A stretch of 32,000 nucleotides of DNA, from positions 1,300,064-1,332,063 of the forward strand of contig NZ_JHUX01000003.1 of the NCBI RefSeq assembly GCF_000619845.1, given 5' to 3'. The DNA is from Alkanindiges illinoisensis DSM 15370 (GTDB lineage: Bacteria; Pseudomonadota; Gammaproteobacteria; Pseudomonadales; Moraxellaceae). Below, in pieces: positions 1 to 8,609 of the stretch. Below the pieces are notes generated by a model. It made no database searches and had not been told where the DNA came from. It saw only the letters and a program-made list of their open reading frames with translations. Made by a program: the position numbers and the translations under genes. Numbering within the stretch: the first letter of the stretch is position 1; each line of letters begins with the position of its first letter.

Positions 1-751
<751 letters not shown>

Positions 752-958
752 TTAACCTAAATGAATCCAGCGAAGAAACAGTTCACCGATTTTTAAACGA
801 CTTTCAAAATCAGGCGTCTATTGTCGTTGATTATACAAAGAAGTGCTAGCACCTCTATTTTAGGATAGGCAATATTAATATGGTTTAGGCATTTAAAAAT
901 CAGTATGCCTTTATCAAACTAATAGTATTTTATTGCATATTCAGGTGAATTATTAAAT

Positions 959-2116
959 ATGTCCCAAAACGATGAAAAGATTGGCAATAAGAATGATGCT
1001 GATCCCACTATTATTATTTCTGATAATCCGGAGCAGGATAAATATGAAATATTAAAAGAGAAATTGCGCTATAAGCAGGCCAAACGTGAAAATAATAAAA
1101 AGGTAGATCACAAACAAGTACGGCTGAACATTCAGGCCAATGCCCTGCCCAGCAAAACTTTCTTTATTATGAATACGCTGGCAGGCATCATTGCAGGCTA
1201 TGGCTTACTCGCCAACTCGCCAGCAGTAGTCATTGGTGCCATGCTGGTGGCAATGATGACCGGGCCAATTTCCGGTATTACCCTAGCTCTGATTGATAAT
1301 CGCTTGATCCTGCTGGGTACATCCCTAAAAACCCTGTTTGGCGGAATTGGCCTGCTGGCAGCGGTAGGTATCTTGCTGGGTATTATTCACTATAACATGC
1401 CCATCAGTGCGGAAATACTGGCGCGTACCAGCCCAAATTTTATGGATTTAATGGTTGCACTGGCTGGCGGCGCTGCCGGGGCATTTGCATCAATTTCAAC
1501 ACGCTTGTCGGTTGCGGTTGTGGGAGTTGCGGTGGCTACTGCACTTGTGCCACCTTTGGTAGCGATGGGTATTTTGCTGGCTCATTATGAATGGAAACTG
1601 GCGCTGGGGGCGTTTATTCTGGTTTTTACCAATATGGTGGCCATCCAGTTTAGCTCATCATTGGTATTATGGATTGCAGGTTTTCGCCGGGTAACTGATG
1701 AAGAAGCTGATAAAAGTGCGCTGGCTTTTATCAAACGCAATTTCATTAGCCTGATCATGCTCGGGTTCTTGGCAATTTATCTCAGCTTAAATTTACTGGG
1801 CACGATTGAAAAGCAACATTATCAGGCATCTACGACCAAGCATCTTAAAGTTTTATTTTCCAAGCAGAACAACGTCATTGAGCAAGTACAATATATTCCC
1901 TATAACAATTTCATGCTCATCCGGGTCATGCTACAAGGCGATATTGCCCCCAGCAAGCAGGAAGTACTTGCAGCCCAAAAAAGCATTTCACCCGGTAAGG
2001 ATGGCCTGCCCGTTAAGCTTCAAGTACGCTTTTCATCGGTAACCATTGTGCAGCCTGACTTGCTGGATAATTTATCACTCACTTCTACTGAGGCTGATTC
2101 ACTGGCACAACAATAG
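959..2116 (+). CDS. DUF389/TIGR00341-like integral membrane protein with a hydrophilic K/N/E-rich N-terminus
   Basis: 385-aa ORF. About 65 hydrophilic residues are followed by several Gly/Ala-rich hydrophobic helices (SPAVVIGAMLVAMMTGPI, VGVAVATALVPPLVAMG), a pattern I associate with DUF389. The family assignment is from memory, not from a search. Confidence 0.75.
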   Translation: MSQNDEKIGNKNDADPTIIISDNPEQDKYEILKEKLRYKQAKRENNKKVDHKQVRLNIQANALPSKTFFIMNTLAGIIAGYGLLANSPAVVIGAMLVAMMTGPISGITLALIDNRLILLGTSLKTLFGGIGLLAAVGILLGIIHYNMPISAEILARTSPNFMDLMVALAGGAAGAFASISTRLSVAVVGVAVATALVPPLVAMGILLAHYEWKLALGAFILVFTNMVAIQFSSSLVLWIAGFRRVTDEEADKSALAFIKRNFISLIMLGFLAIYLSLNLLGTIEKQHYQASTTKHLKVLFSKQNNVIEQVQYIPYNNFMLIRVMLQGDIAPSKQEVLAAQKSISPGKDGLPVKLQVRFSSVTIVQPDLLDNLSLTSTEADSLAQQ

Positions 2117-2160
2117 CTGAGTTAGCGCTGTAGTAAAACCAGTGAATAGGATTGTAAAGC

Positions 2161-3195
2161 CTAGATTTTTTTATCAATCAACATCGCATCGCCATAGCTA
2201 AAGAAACGGTATTTTTCTTGAATGGCATGTGCATAGGCTTGAAGCATTGGCTCACGGCCAGCCAGCGCTGACACCAGCATCAACAACGTAGATTCTGGTA
2301 AATGAAAGTTAGTCAGCAAGCGATCAATCACCTTAAAATGATAGCCGGGATAAATAAAAATATCCGTTTCGCCAGACCATGCCTTGAGTTCACCATTATT
2401 GGCTTTGGCGGCACTTTCCAGCGCACGGGTTGCAGTAGTACCCACAGCAATAATTTTGCCGCTACTTGCTTTGGTTTTTTCAATCAGCTCAACAGTAGCC
2501 TGTGGTACTTCGCCCCATTCACTATGCATGATGTGCTCAGCAATATTGTCAGTTCGCACAGGCTGAAAGGTTCCTGCACCCACATGCAAAGTCACAAAAG
2601 CCTTGTGAATACCTTTTTGCTGCAGTGCTGCCAGCAACTCATCATCAAAATGCAGACTGGCTGTTGGGGCTGCTACACTGGCGGCTTTATCTGGATTATG
2701 AAATACAGTTTGATAGCGCTCGTCATCGGTTTCATCCGCTGCACGGTTAAAATAAGGCGGAATCGGTAAGGCACCAAACTGCTCTAGCGCTGGCAATACA
2801 GACTGGTTAAAGCGTAACTCATACAGGTTATTTTGCCGCCCTTCAACTTGCGCTTCCAACTGACCATCTGCCAGATACAAAGTTGCTCCAGCTTTGGGCG
2901 AATTACTGGCTTTGACATGCGCCAGTGCTGTATCCGTACCCGTAATGCGTTCTACCAGCACTTCAACTGCACCACCACTGGCTCGCTTGCCATGCAGGCG
3001 CGCTTTGATTACCCGTGTATCATTGAGCACCAGCAAATCACCTGCCTGCAATAACTCGGGCAGCTGAGCAATAGTGCAATCTTTGGTCTGACCCTGTGCG
3101 TTGAGATGTAACAGACGTGATGCACTACGTTTGGCCAAGGGATAACGGGCAATTAGCTCGTCCGGAAGGTCATAGGAAAAATCAGATAATTGCAT
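2161..3195 (-). CDS. queA: S-adenosylmethionine:tRNA ribosyltransferase-isomerase
   Basis: 344 aa, [20 protein letters not shown]...[11 protein letters not shown]...[18 protein letters not shown]..., full-length colinear with QueA. Confidence 0.95.
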   Translation of the reverse strand: MQLSDFSYDLPDELIARYPLAKRSASRLLHLNAQGQTKDCTIAQLPELLQAGDLLVLNDTRVIKARLHGKRASGGAVEVLVERITGTDTALAHVKASNSPKAGATLYLADGQLEAQVEGRQNNLYELRFNQSVLPALEQFGALPIPPYFNRAADETDDERYQTVFHNPDKAASVAAPTASLHFDDELLAALQQKGIHKAFVTLHVGAGTFQPVRTDNIAEHIMHSEWGEVPQATVELIEKTKASSGKIIAVGTTATRALESAAKANNGELKAWSGETDIFIYPGYHFKVIDRLLTNFHLPESTLLMLVSALAGREPMLQAYAHAIQEKYRFFSYGDAMLIDKKI

Positions 3196-3285
3196 GGACG
3201 CAGCATGACAGCCAAAAGAGCGGGAATTATAACGAATTGAAAAGTCAAAAACTAATCAAACAGCTTAAAAGCCAACCCGTTGTGC

Positions 3286-3313
3286 TTGACAATAATTTTG
3301 AGGCCGCTAAGAT
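3286..3313 (+). promoter_or_regulatory. candidate sigma70 promoter for tRNA-Leu
   Basis: TTGACA (3286-3291), 16-nt spacer, TAAGAT (3308-3313), about 20 nt upstream of the tRNA 5' end. Confidence 0.45.
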
Positions 3314-3334
3314 AGCAACCCATAACTACTCCTG

Positions 3335-3421
3335 CCCGGGGTGGTGAAATTGGTAGACGCGGTGGACTCAAAATCCACTGTCAGAGATGACGTGTCGGTT
3401 CGAGTCCGACCCCCGGGACCA
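3335..3421 (+). tRNA. tRNA-Leu, anticodon CAA, class II (long variable arm), CCA encoded
   Basis: Hand-folded cloverleaf. Acceptor is CCCGGGG / CCCCGGG. U8, A14, G18G19 and A21 are in register. Anticodon stem is GTGGA/TCCAC with loop CTCAAAA. Variable arm is GTCA-GAGA-TGAC. T arm is GTCGG-TTCGAGT-CCGAC. Discriminator A then CCA ends at 3421. It closely resembles E. coli leuX as recalled. The 5' end could be 3334 if the extra G is retained. Confidence 0.9.
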
Positions 3422-3595
3422 TAATTTTAGATAATAAAATCAATAAGTTGCTTCTTCAATTACTTAATCCAAATATCTCATTAGTGTAAATTAACCAGCT
3501 TTTGTAGCTTATTTTCTTTAAACTTATTTTTCTTTCATGACATAGAGTTAATAATAAATCTGTAAAGATGAATTTAATGAACAAATTTTACTCAT

Positions 3596-3621
3596 AAAAA
3601 AAGCCCATCTTAACGATGAGC
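3596..3621 (-). terminator. rho-independent terminator (minus strand)
   Basis: On the minus strand: GCTCATC-GTTAA-GATGGGC (7-bp stem with one G:U pair) followed by T7. It lies 19 nt downstream of the stop of the 3640-3801 ORF. Confidence 0.6.
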
Positions 3622-3639
3622 TTTTAGTTTTATGCTGTA

Positions 3640-3801
3640 TTAATAGCCCATTCTTTTCTTACGATTAATTGTGATTTTGTCACCACTCTGACACACCCGG
3701 TGATTTGGATTAATCTGGTGTGTACGGTGATTCATTGAGCCTGTGTTTCTTGTAGTATTCGGATTAAAGCTGTAACTACCATGATTAGCAAACTGGGACA
3801 T
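3640..3801 (-). CDS. hypothetical small basic N/H/R-rich protein (53 aa), not in ORF track
   Basis: ATG (complement 3799-3801) to TAA (3640-3642). Product is MSQFANHGSYSFNPNTTRNTGSMNHRTHQINPNHRVCQSGDKITINRKKRMGY. A terminator follows directly, but the SD is weak (TGGAAA). No family recognised. Confidence 0.35.
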   Translation of the reverse strand: MSQFANHGSYSFNPNTTRNTGSMNHRTHQINPNHRVCQSGDKITINRKKRMGY

Positions 3802-4140
3802 TTTCCATAGCACTTAAAAACTTTGTTAATGCTAGATTAGCAAGGTGCTATGTTACTGACAAAGCGAGTTGTGTATTGCTTATTTATCCAGCAAAATTTA
3901 TTTACTGAAGCTGTCTTATTAAGTCATTAATTCTATTTGGTTCGCATTTTATCTACTGATATAAAACTTTACCTTTCAGGTTAAAAAAAAATTAAATTGT
4001 ATAAACAATCAAAGTTCAAAACTAAATTTTTATAAAAAACTTTAAGAAAAATATTAAATGATGATTCTTCTACTGATTTAATAAATTAACCCGCTTTATA
4101 GTTTAAATCGTTTTGTTTAAATGCGCTGGATTTTTTCTTC

Positions 4141-4341
4141 CTACCGTGCAATTTCAGGGTCATTAGCTTGGTCTTGCTTTTCCTCGCCTAGCAACATATG
4201 CAAATCTGTTCCGTATTCATCAACAAACTGCTGCGCTGCATCAGCATAGGCATCGGGTTCAATGGTTTTGGTTAGCGTGGTTTTTTCCAGAGCTTGGCGG
4301 ATTTCCTCAACTGTATGACTATCTGCCATATCATTGTTCAT
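4141..4341 (-). CDS. hypothetical small acidic protein (66 aa)
   Basis: ORF-track ORF with an SD-like GAGGA 9-10 nt upstream of the ATG. 16 D/E versus 5 K/R by my count. No family recognised. Confidence 0.5.
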   Translation of the reverse strand: MNNDMADSHTVEEIRQALEKTTLTKTIEPDAYADAAQQFVDEYGTDLHMLLGEEKQDQANDPEIAR

Positions 4342-4541
4342 TATTGGCTATCCTCACTGTGATATCTGGACAAGGGATTAGTAGGATGTATTAGGCCTAA
4401 TTTACAAGGTATTTCTACCTATACTATTTGCCATAATAACTTCCTGCCCCGCCACCCTTAATATCTGGAATATTTTAAGCGAGCAAGGCGGAGTTCTTTT
4501 GGACTAAAACTCGGATTAGGCTGTCACACCCCAGCATTAAA

Positions 4542-4769
4542 TTAGTTGTCTGTATTGCCAATTTCCTTATGTTCCGGTTCGTTATCGGTATGCTGATCCG
4601 GTAACTTCACCTTTGCATCCTGATTTTCCAGATGCGCGTTTTGCAATTGCTGTTGACGCTCTCCTTCAGTTTGGGGTTGATTAGGCTGTGGATGCTCAGG
4701 CAAGTTATTATCAGCGGTATTGCTATCAACAAGATTGTTATCGACGCTGCCGCTATTACTGGTGCTCAT
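4542..4769 (-). CDS. hypothetical low-complexity N/Q/D/E-rich protein (75 aa), probably disordered
   Basis: ORF-track ORF with SD GAGG about 7 nt upstream of the ATG. 21 N+Q, 14 D/E, 4 K/R, and no aromatic or Cys residues by my count. DNNL occurs twice. Confidence 0.5.
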   Translation of the reverse strand: MSTSNSGSVDNNLVDSNTADNNLPEHPQPNQPQTEGERQQQLQNAHLENQDAKVKLPDQHTDNEPEHKEIGNTDN

Positions 4770-5203
4770 TGTGAACCTCTATGATTTATAAAGTTAATTA
4801 ATTGAATCGAATCAACATAACTTAAAAATCAGTCTTTCTGTGTTGCACAAACACTTCAAAGCACACGTTTTTTATAATGCTCGGTCACTTCATGTAAAAG
4901 ACGTAACTTTTTATCAATTTCCAAGTATTTTAATGGACTATTTTTTGCACGCGTCACAAAATGACGTTCGTAAAGTATGTATTATAAATTTATAAATATA
5001 ACTACTTGAATTATAATCTTATTTTTTAATTATAGATTCCCCTTGAACTACCTAAAATTCATTGAAATTGATGAAATAAACACCATTAATTAGGTTCATG
5101 GCGGCAAATATTTATTCTGGACTATGAAGAAATAAAACTGTTTTTTTACCAGAACGGTAGCCGTATTTGAAGTATTTAAGCCTGAGTCTGAGGAGTACCA
5201 GAA

Positions 5204-6133
5204 ATGGCATTAAGAATCGTCACTGCTGCAGAACCAATGCGCGTGGACAACCTGATCGTGTTTATTTATGGCGATCCGGGTATTGGTAAAACCTCACTGG
5301 CCTTTAGTGCCAAAAACCCGATTTTGTTCGACTTTGACCGGGGTGCGCACCGTGCTGGCAAGTTCCGTAAAGATACCGTGCCCGTAAGTAACTGGTCTGA
5401 TGTAGCCGCTATCAATGCAGAAGATCTAGAAGGTTATGATTCCATCATTATTGATACCGCTGGCCGGATGCTGGATGTGATTATTGCGGATTTGGTTAAA
5501 GACCAGAAGAACTGCCGCAAAAATAGCAAGGAGCTGTCTATTCAGGGCTATGGGGCACTAAACAAACGCTTTAGTAGCTGGCTTAACCTGATTCGCTCAT
5601 TTGGCAAAGATGTAATTTTGCTGGCGCATGCGGCTGAGGACAAAAAAGGCGATGAGCTGATTATCCGCCCGGATATGGTTGGTGGTAGCAAGAAAGAAGC
5701 TTATAAGGTAGCCGACATGATGGGTTATATGACCACTGTGCAGGGTGAACAGGGTGCTGAAATTTCTCTGAACTTTTCACCATCCACTTCACATCATGCC
5801 AAGGATTCCGGTGCCATCGGCAATATGATTCTGCCCGGTCTGGATAAAAACCCGGCTGCACTGGCGGATATTATCCAGCAGGCCAAGGATCATATTAATA
5901 GCTTGAGTGAGTTTCAGGCTGCTGCCTTGCAGGAACTGGAAAGCTACCGCAATGAGTGCATGGCTGCAGAACATGCCGATGACTTGAATGACCTGCGCGA
6001 ACAGTTAAAGCCTGAGCATTTGTATCTCAAGGAAATGCGGCAAGCGCTGGATCTGGCCTTTAAGGGTTTAAGCCATAAAGTGATCTTTGTGGAAGGCGAG
6101 TTTGTTGATGATATGCATGACGAGGTGGCCTAA
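5204..6133 (+). CDS. Sak4-like / AAA_24 family RecA-fold ATPase with ~90-aa helical acidic C-terminal extension
   Basis: 309 aa. Walker A is GDPGIGKTS at residues ~23-31 and Walker B-like is SIIIDTAG. The N-terminal ~215 aa have the layout I recall for phage Sak4/PF13479 proteins. Strong SD GAGGAG lies 8 nt upstream. Confidence 0.75.
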   Translation: MALRIVTAAEPMRVDNLIVFIYGDPGIGKTSLAFSAKNPILFDFDRGAHRAGKFRKDTVPVSNWSDVAAINAEDLEGYDSIIIDTAGRMLDVIIADLVKDQKNCRKNSKELSIQGYGALNKRFSSWLNLIRSFGKDVILLAHAAEDKKGDELIIRPDMVGGSKKEAYKVADMMGYMTTVQGEQGAEISLNFSPSTSHHAKDSGAIGNMILPGLDKNPAALADIIQQAKDHINSLSEFQAAALQELESYRNECMAAEHADDLNDLREQLKPEHLYLKEMRQALDLAFKGLSHKVIFVEGEFVDDMHDEVA

Positions 6134-6135
6134 GC

Positions 6136-6807
6136 ATGTCTTCCCGCGCCTTGCACAACACGCCACTACGTTTGTCAGTAACCATGCTGGACACTTATGT
6201 GCATGGCATGGCCAATGAGGACATGAGTAGCGAGCAATTAGCGCATGAATTGTTTGCCCGCAAAAAGCCCAGTCAGGCCATGCGGGTGGGCACGTCATTT
6301 CACCGTTTTCTGGAAAAAGGTCAGCTAGAACCACAACTGCTGGCCAAACCGGACAAATATGGCTTTCACTTTATTTTGCCGGATGACCTCAGCGGCACCA
6401 TTGAGCTGGGCGTTATGCGGGAGCAGATTTATGAATGGCCTGTATTTGACAACGTGGTGCTGGTAGGCAAGATTGATGCCGAAACACCTGCCAAGCTGAT
6501 TGATCACAAGCTGACTGCCCGCTTCGACCATGAGCGCTATATGGACAGCCTGCAGTGGCGTGCTTATCTGGCCATGCGTGGCAAAACCCATTTTACCTAT
6601 CAGGTGTTTGAGCATAGCGGCCTGCCCACCGAGCCGGATGCATTGGGACATTATCCGGTGTTTATCAAGGATTATCACCGTCTGGATCAGTATGCCTATG
6701 CCGGCATGCAGGATGAAATCAGGGATGTTGCCCGTGATCTGTCCGAGTTTGCGCGGGTCTGGATGGCTGAATTTCGAGATTCTGAAATAAGAGGAAAAGT
6801 GGCATGA
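6136..6807 (+). CDS. PD-(D/E)XK (RecB/Cas4-like, no Cys cluster) phage-type exonuclease
   Basis: 223 aa. Motif order is LVGKID (motif II Asp), LIDHKLT (D-x-K), then LQWRAYL (QxxxY), characteristic of RecB-family nucleases. The start is 2 nt after the upstream stop. Confidence 0.7.
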   Translation: MSSRALHNTPLRLSVTMLDTYVHGMANEDMSSEQLAHELFARKKPSQAMRVGTSFHRFLEKGQLEPQLLAKPDKYGFHFILPDDLSGTIELGVMREQIYEWPVFDNVVLVGKIDAETPAKLIDHKLTARFDHERYMDSLQWRAYLAMRGKTHFTYQVFEHSGLPTEPDALGHYPVFIKDYHRLDQYAYAGMQDEIRDVARDLSEFARVWMAEFRDSEIRGKVA

Positions 6808-7421
6808 GCGTAGATATGATGATGGTGTGCAATGGCCGCGCGCTGGTTCCAGCAACCGAGCACGACTATGCCATCATGCGACAAACCTACCGGATTGGTC
6901 AGGTGATCAAAACGGAAACCAAACGTCAGGCAGATCGCAGCCTGCAACACCATCGGCTGTATTTTGGTGGATTGATTGGACTGGTCAAGGACTATTGGGA
7001 ACCCCAAACTGGGCTGGTACATCCGGCTGAAGTGAGGACGGCAGCATCGTTTTGCCATTATTTGCAAAGCAAAGGTATTGCATTATCGCCTGAGCAAAGT
7101 CAGGCGCTCCAGCAGGATTACCTGCAAAGGCTAACGCAAAAGCGTGCCGCCAAGCTGATTAATCCAATGCCGGCCAGCACGGCTGAGATTCATCGCTGGA
7201 TCAAGATTGAATGCGGCTATTATGATGTGGTACGCCTGCCGGATGGCACGATTGAAAAAAAGGCCAAATCCATTAGTTTCGCCAAAATGACCCAGGCCGA
7301 GTTTAATGAGTTTTATAAGGCAGCATTTGGTGTGTGCTGGCGCTTTGTGCTTAGCCGCCACTTTGAATGTGAAAGCGATGCAGAAAATGCAATTAATCGC
7401 ATGCTGGACATGGCAGCCTAG
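6804..7421 (+). CDS. phage protein, tentatively NinB(Orf)/DUF1367-like recombination accessory protein
   Basis: 205 aa with an ATGA start/stop overlap with the nuclease gene and SD GAGGA upstream. DRSLQHHRLYFGGL and SISFAKMTQAEFNEFY resemble the RSLDQNRKLWACL and STSRMRVGEFAELL segments of lambda NinB as I recall them. This is a weak, memory-based assignment. Confidence 0.6.
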   Translation: MSVDMMMVCNGRALVPATEHDYAIMRQTYRIGQVIKTETKRQADRSLQHHRLYFGGLIGLVKDYWEPQTGLVHPAEVRTAASFCHYLQSKGIALSPEQSQALQQDYLQRLTQKRAAKLINPMPASTAEIHRWIKIECGYYDVVRLPDGTIEKKAKSISFAKMTQAEFNEFYKAAFGVCWRFVLSRHFECESDAENAINRMLDMAA

Positions 7422-7442
7422 CTGTCCAGCGTGAGCCTTTTT
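7403..7442 (+). terminator. hairpin overlapping the stop codon of the 6804-7421 ORF; possible weak terminator
   Basis: GCTGGACA (7403-7410) pairs with TGTCCAGC (7423-7430): perfect 8-bp stem, 12-nt loop. The T5 run (7438-7442) is displaced 7 nt from the stem, so it is non-canonical. Confidence 0.3.
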
Positions 7443-7686
7443 CAAGTTTGCCTACTGCCCTGACCGCCGATAATTTGTTCAAATTAATTCAACAGCGTCT
7501 ATTTTATACAATCCAACCCATGGCGACATCTTATGTCGCACACCCGCTGCAATCACTTGGATTCCTATGTTTTAATCCCATCTAAGCTGTAGATAGAGCA
7601 CATCATCAAGGCTGAGATTTCAGGGTGGCGTGCATTTAAACATCACGTTTACAGGCATGTGATTACAGAGGTTAATCCAGATCACT

Positions 7687-7866
7687 ATGAAAATGATGAA
7701 TGTAAATACGCTGGCGTGGCTGGATGAGCTGACCAAACCTGTGCCAGAACATCAGCAGTCCCAGCGATTAAAGCGGGCACCCAATGCGCGCTGGCTCCAG
7801 CGTAAAAATGCCGAGCAGCGGGCCATATCCGATATTGGTTTTATGAGAATAAAGGTGAACAAATGA
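7687..7866 (+). CDS. hypothetical small basic protein (59 aa), below the ORF-track size cut-off
   Basis: ATG 7687 to TGA 7864-7866. Product is MKMMNVNTLAWLDELTKPVPEHQQSQRLKRAPNARWLQRKNAEQRAISDIGFMRIKVNK. The stop overlaps the ERF start in an ATGA junction. Its own SD is poor (AGAGG about 15 nt upstream). Confidence 0.4.
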   Translation: MKMMNVNTLAWLDELTKPVPEHQQSQRLKRAPNARWLQRKNAEQRAISDIGFMRIKVNK

Positions 7867-8540
7867 AAGTTTATCAAGCAATCAATGCAGTGCAGCGCGC
7901 GCTGTCAAAAGAAGGGATTTCCAAGGACAGAATGGCCAGCGGTTTTGGTGCGGGCTATGCATTCCGCGGTATTGATGATGTGTACAATACTTTAAGCCCG
8001 TTATTGTCTGAACATGGCCTGGTGATTATTCCCCGCTGTGTGGAGCGGCATGAATCCCAGCGCCAGAGTGGGCCAAAAACCCTGTACTTTGTGGTGGTCA
8101 AAATGGAATTTGACTTTGTTTGCGCCGAAGATGGCAGCAAACACACCGCCTGTACCTATGGCGAAGCGATGGATTCAGGCGACAAGGCCACCAACAAGGC
8201 CATGTCGATTGCCTATAAATATGCCTGTTTCCAGACCTTTGCCATTCCAACCGAAGGCGATAACGACCCGGATGCCACTATCCATGAGCCAGCACCAGCC
8301 AGAAAGCCTAGCCAGAAGCCGGTCAAGCAGAATATGCAAGGTAGTGATCTGAACAACAATGGTAGCAATGCCAAATCACTGCCCAGCATTCTGGCCGATA
8401 TCCAGAAAGCAGCTGATGTGACTGCGCTTGCTGCTATCCGTGATTATGTGGCGGCACGGCAGTATAGCGAGGTTGATGTTGGCGAAATCAAGAATGCGCT
8501 GAAATCACGCCATGATAACCTGATGCACAAAAAGGTCTGA
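7863..8540 (+). CDS. ERF-family single-strand annealing protein
   Basis: 225 aa. YAFRGIDDVYNTLSPLLSEHGL and GEAMDSGDKATNKAMSIAYKYACFQTFAIPTEGDNDPDA match the conserved blocks of P22 Erf (YKYRSCEDILEGVKPLL..., KGMDAAQVTGATSSYARKYCLNGLFGIDD) as recalled. SD AAGGTG lies 6 nt upstream. Confidence 0.75.
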   Translation: MKVYQAINAVQRALSKEGISKDRMASGFGAGYAFRGIDDVYNTLSPLLSEHGLVIIPRCVERHESQRQSGPKTLYFVVVKMEFDFVCAEDGSKHTACTYGEAMDSGDKATNKAMSIAYKYACFQTFAIPTEGDNDPDATIHEPAPARKPSQKPVKQNMQGSDLNNNGSNAKSLPSILADIQKAADVTALAAIRDYVAARQYSEVDVGEIKNALKSRHDNLMHKKV

Positions 8541-8575
8541 TCCGGTCTTTTTTGTTGAGGGAAGTTCCTGTTTTA

Positions 8576-8609
8576 AGCGGCCTGAAGCCCTGGTTTTTAG
8601 GCCGCTTTG
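8576..8609 (+). terminator. weak terminator-like hairpin after the ERF gene
   Basis: AGCGGCCT (8576-8583) pairs with AGGCCGCT (8599-8606) with a 15-nt loop. Only a short T run follows. Confidence 0.35.

Larger units (their letters stand above)
5204..8540 (+). mobile_element. integrase-less phage-derived recombination gene cluster (cryptic prophage remnant or domesticated module)
   Basis: Five co-oriented, tightly packed ORFs whose recognisable families (AAA_24/Sak4, PD-(D/E)XK, NinB/DUF1367-like, ERF) are typical of temperate-phage early recombination regions. The cluster sits next to a tRNA gene and is flanked by core genes. Confidence 0.55.

Noticed and set aside
6325-7445. Long minus-strand ORFs (6325-6855, 6696-7067, 7131-7445) and internal plus-strand ORFs inside the phage cluster.
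   Set aside because: They are antisense or out-of-frame shadows of ORFs with recognisable family motifs and coupled starts. They have no RBS and low-complexity, Cys/His-rich products.
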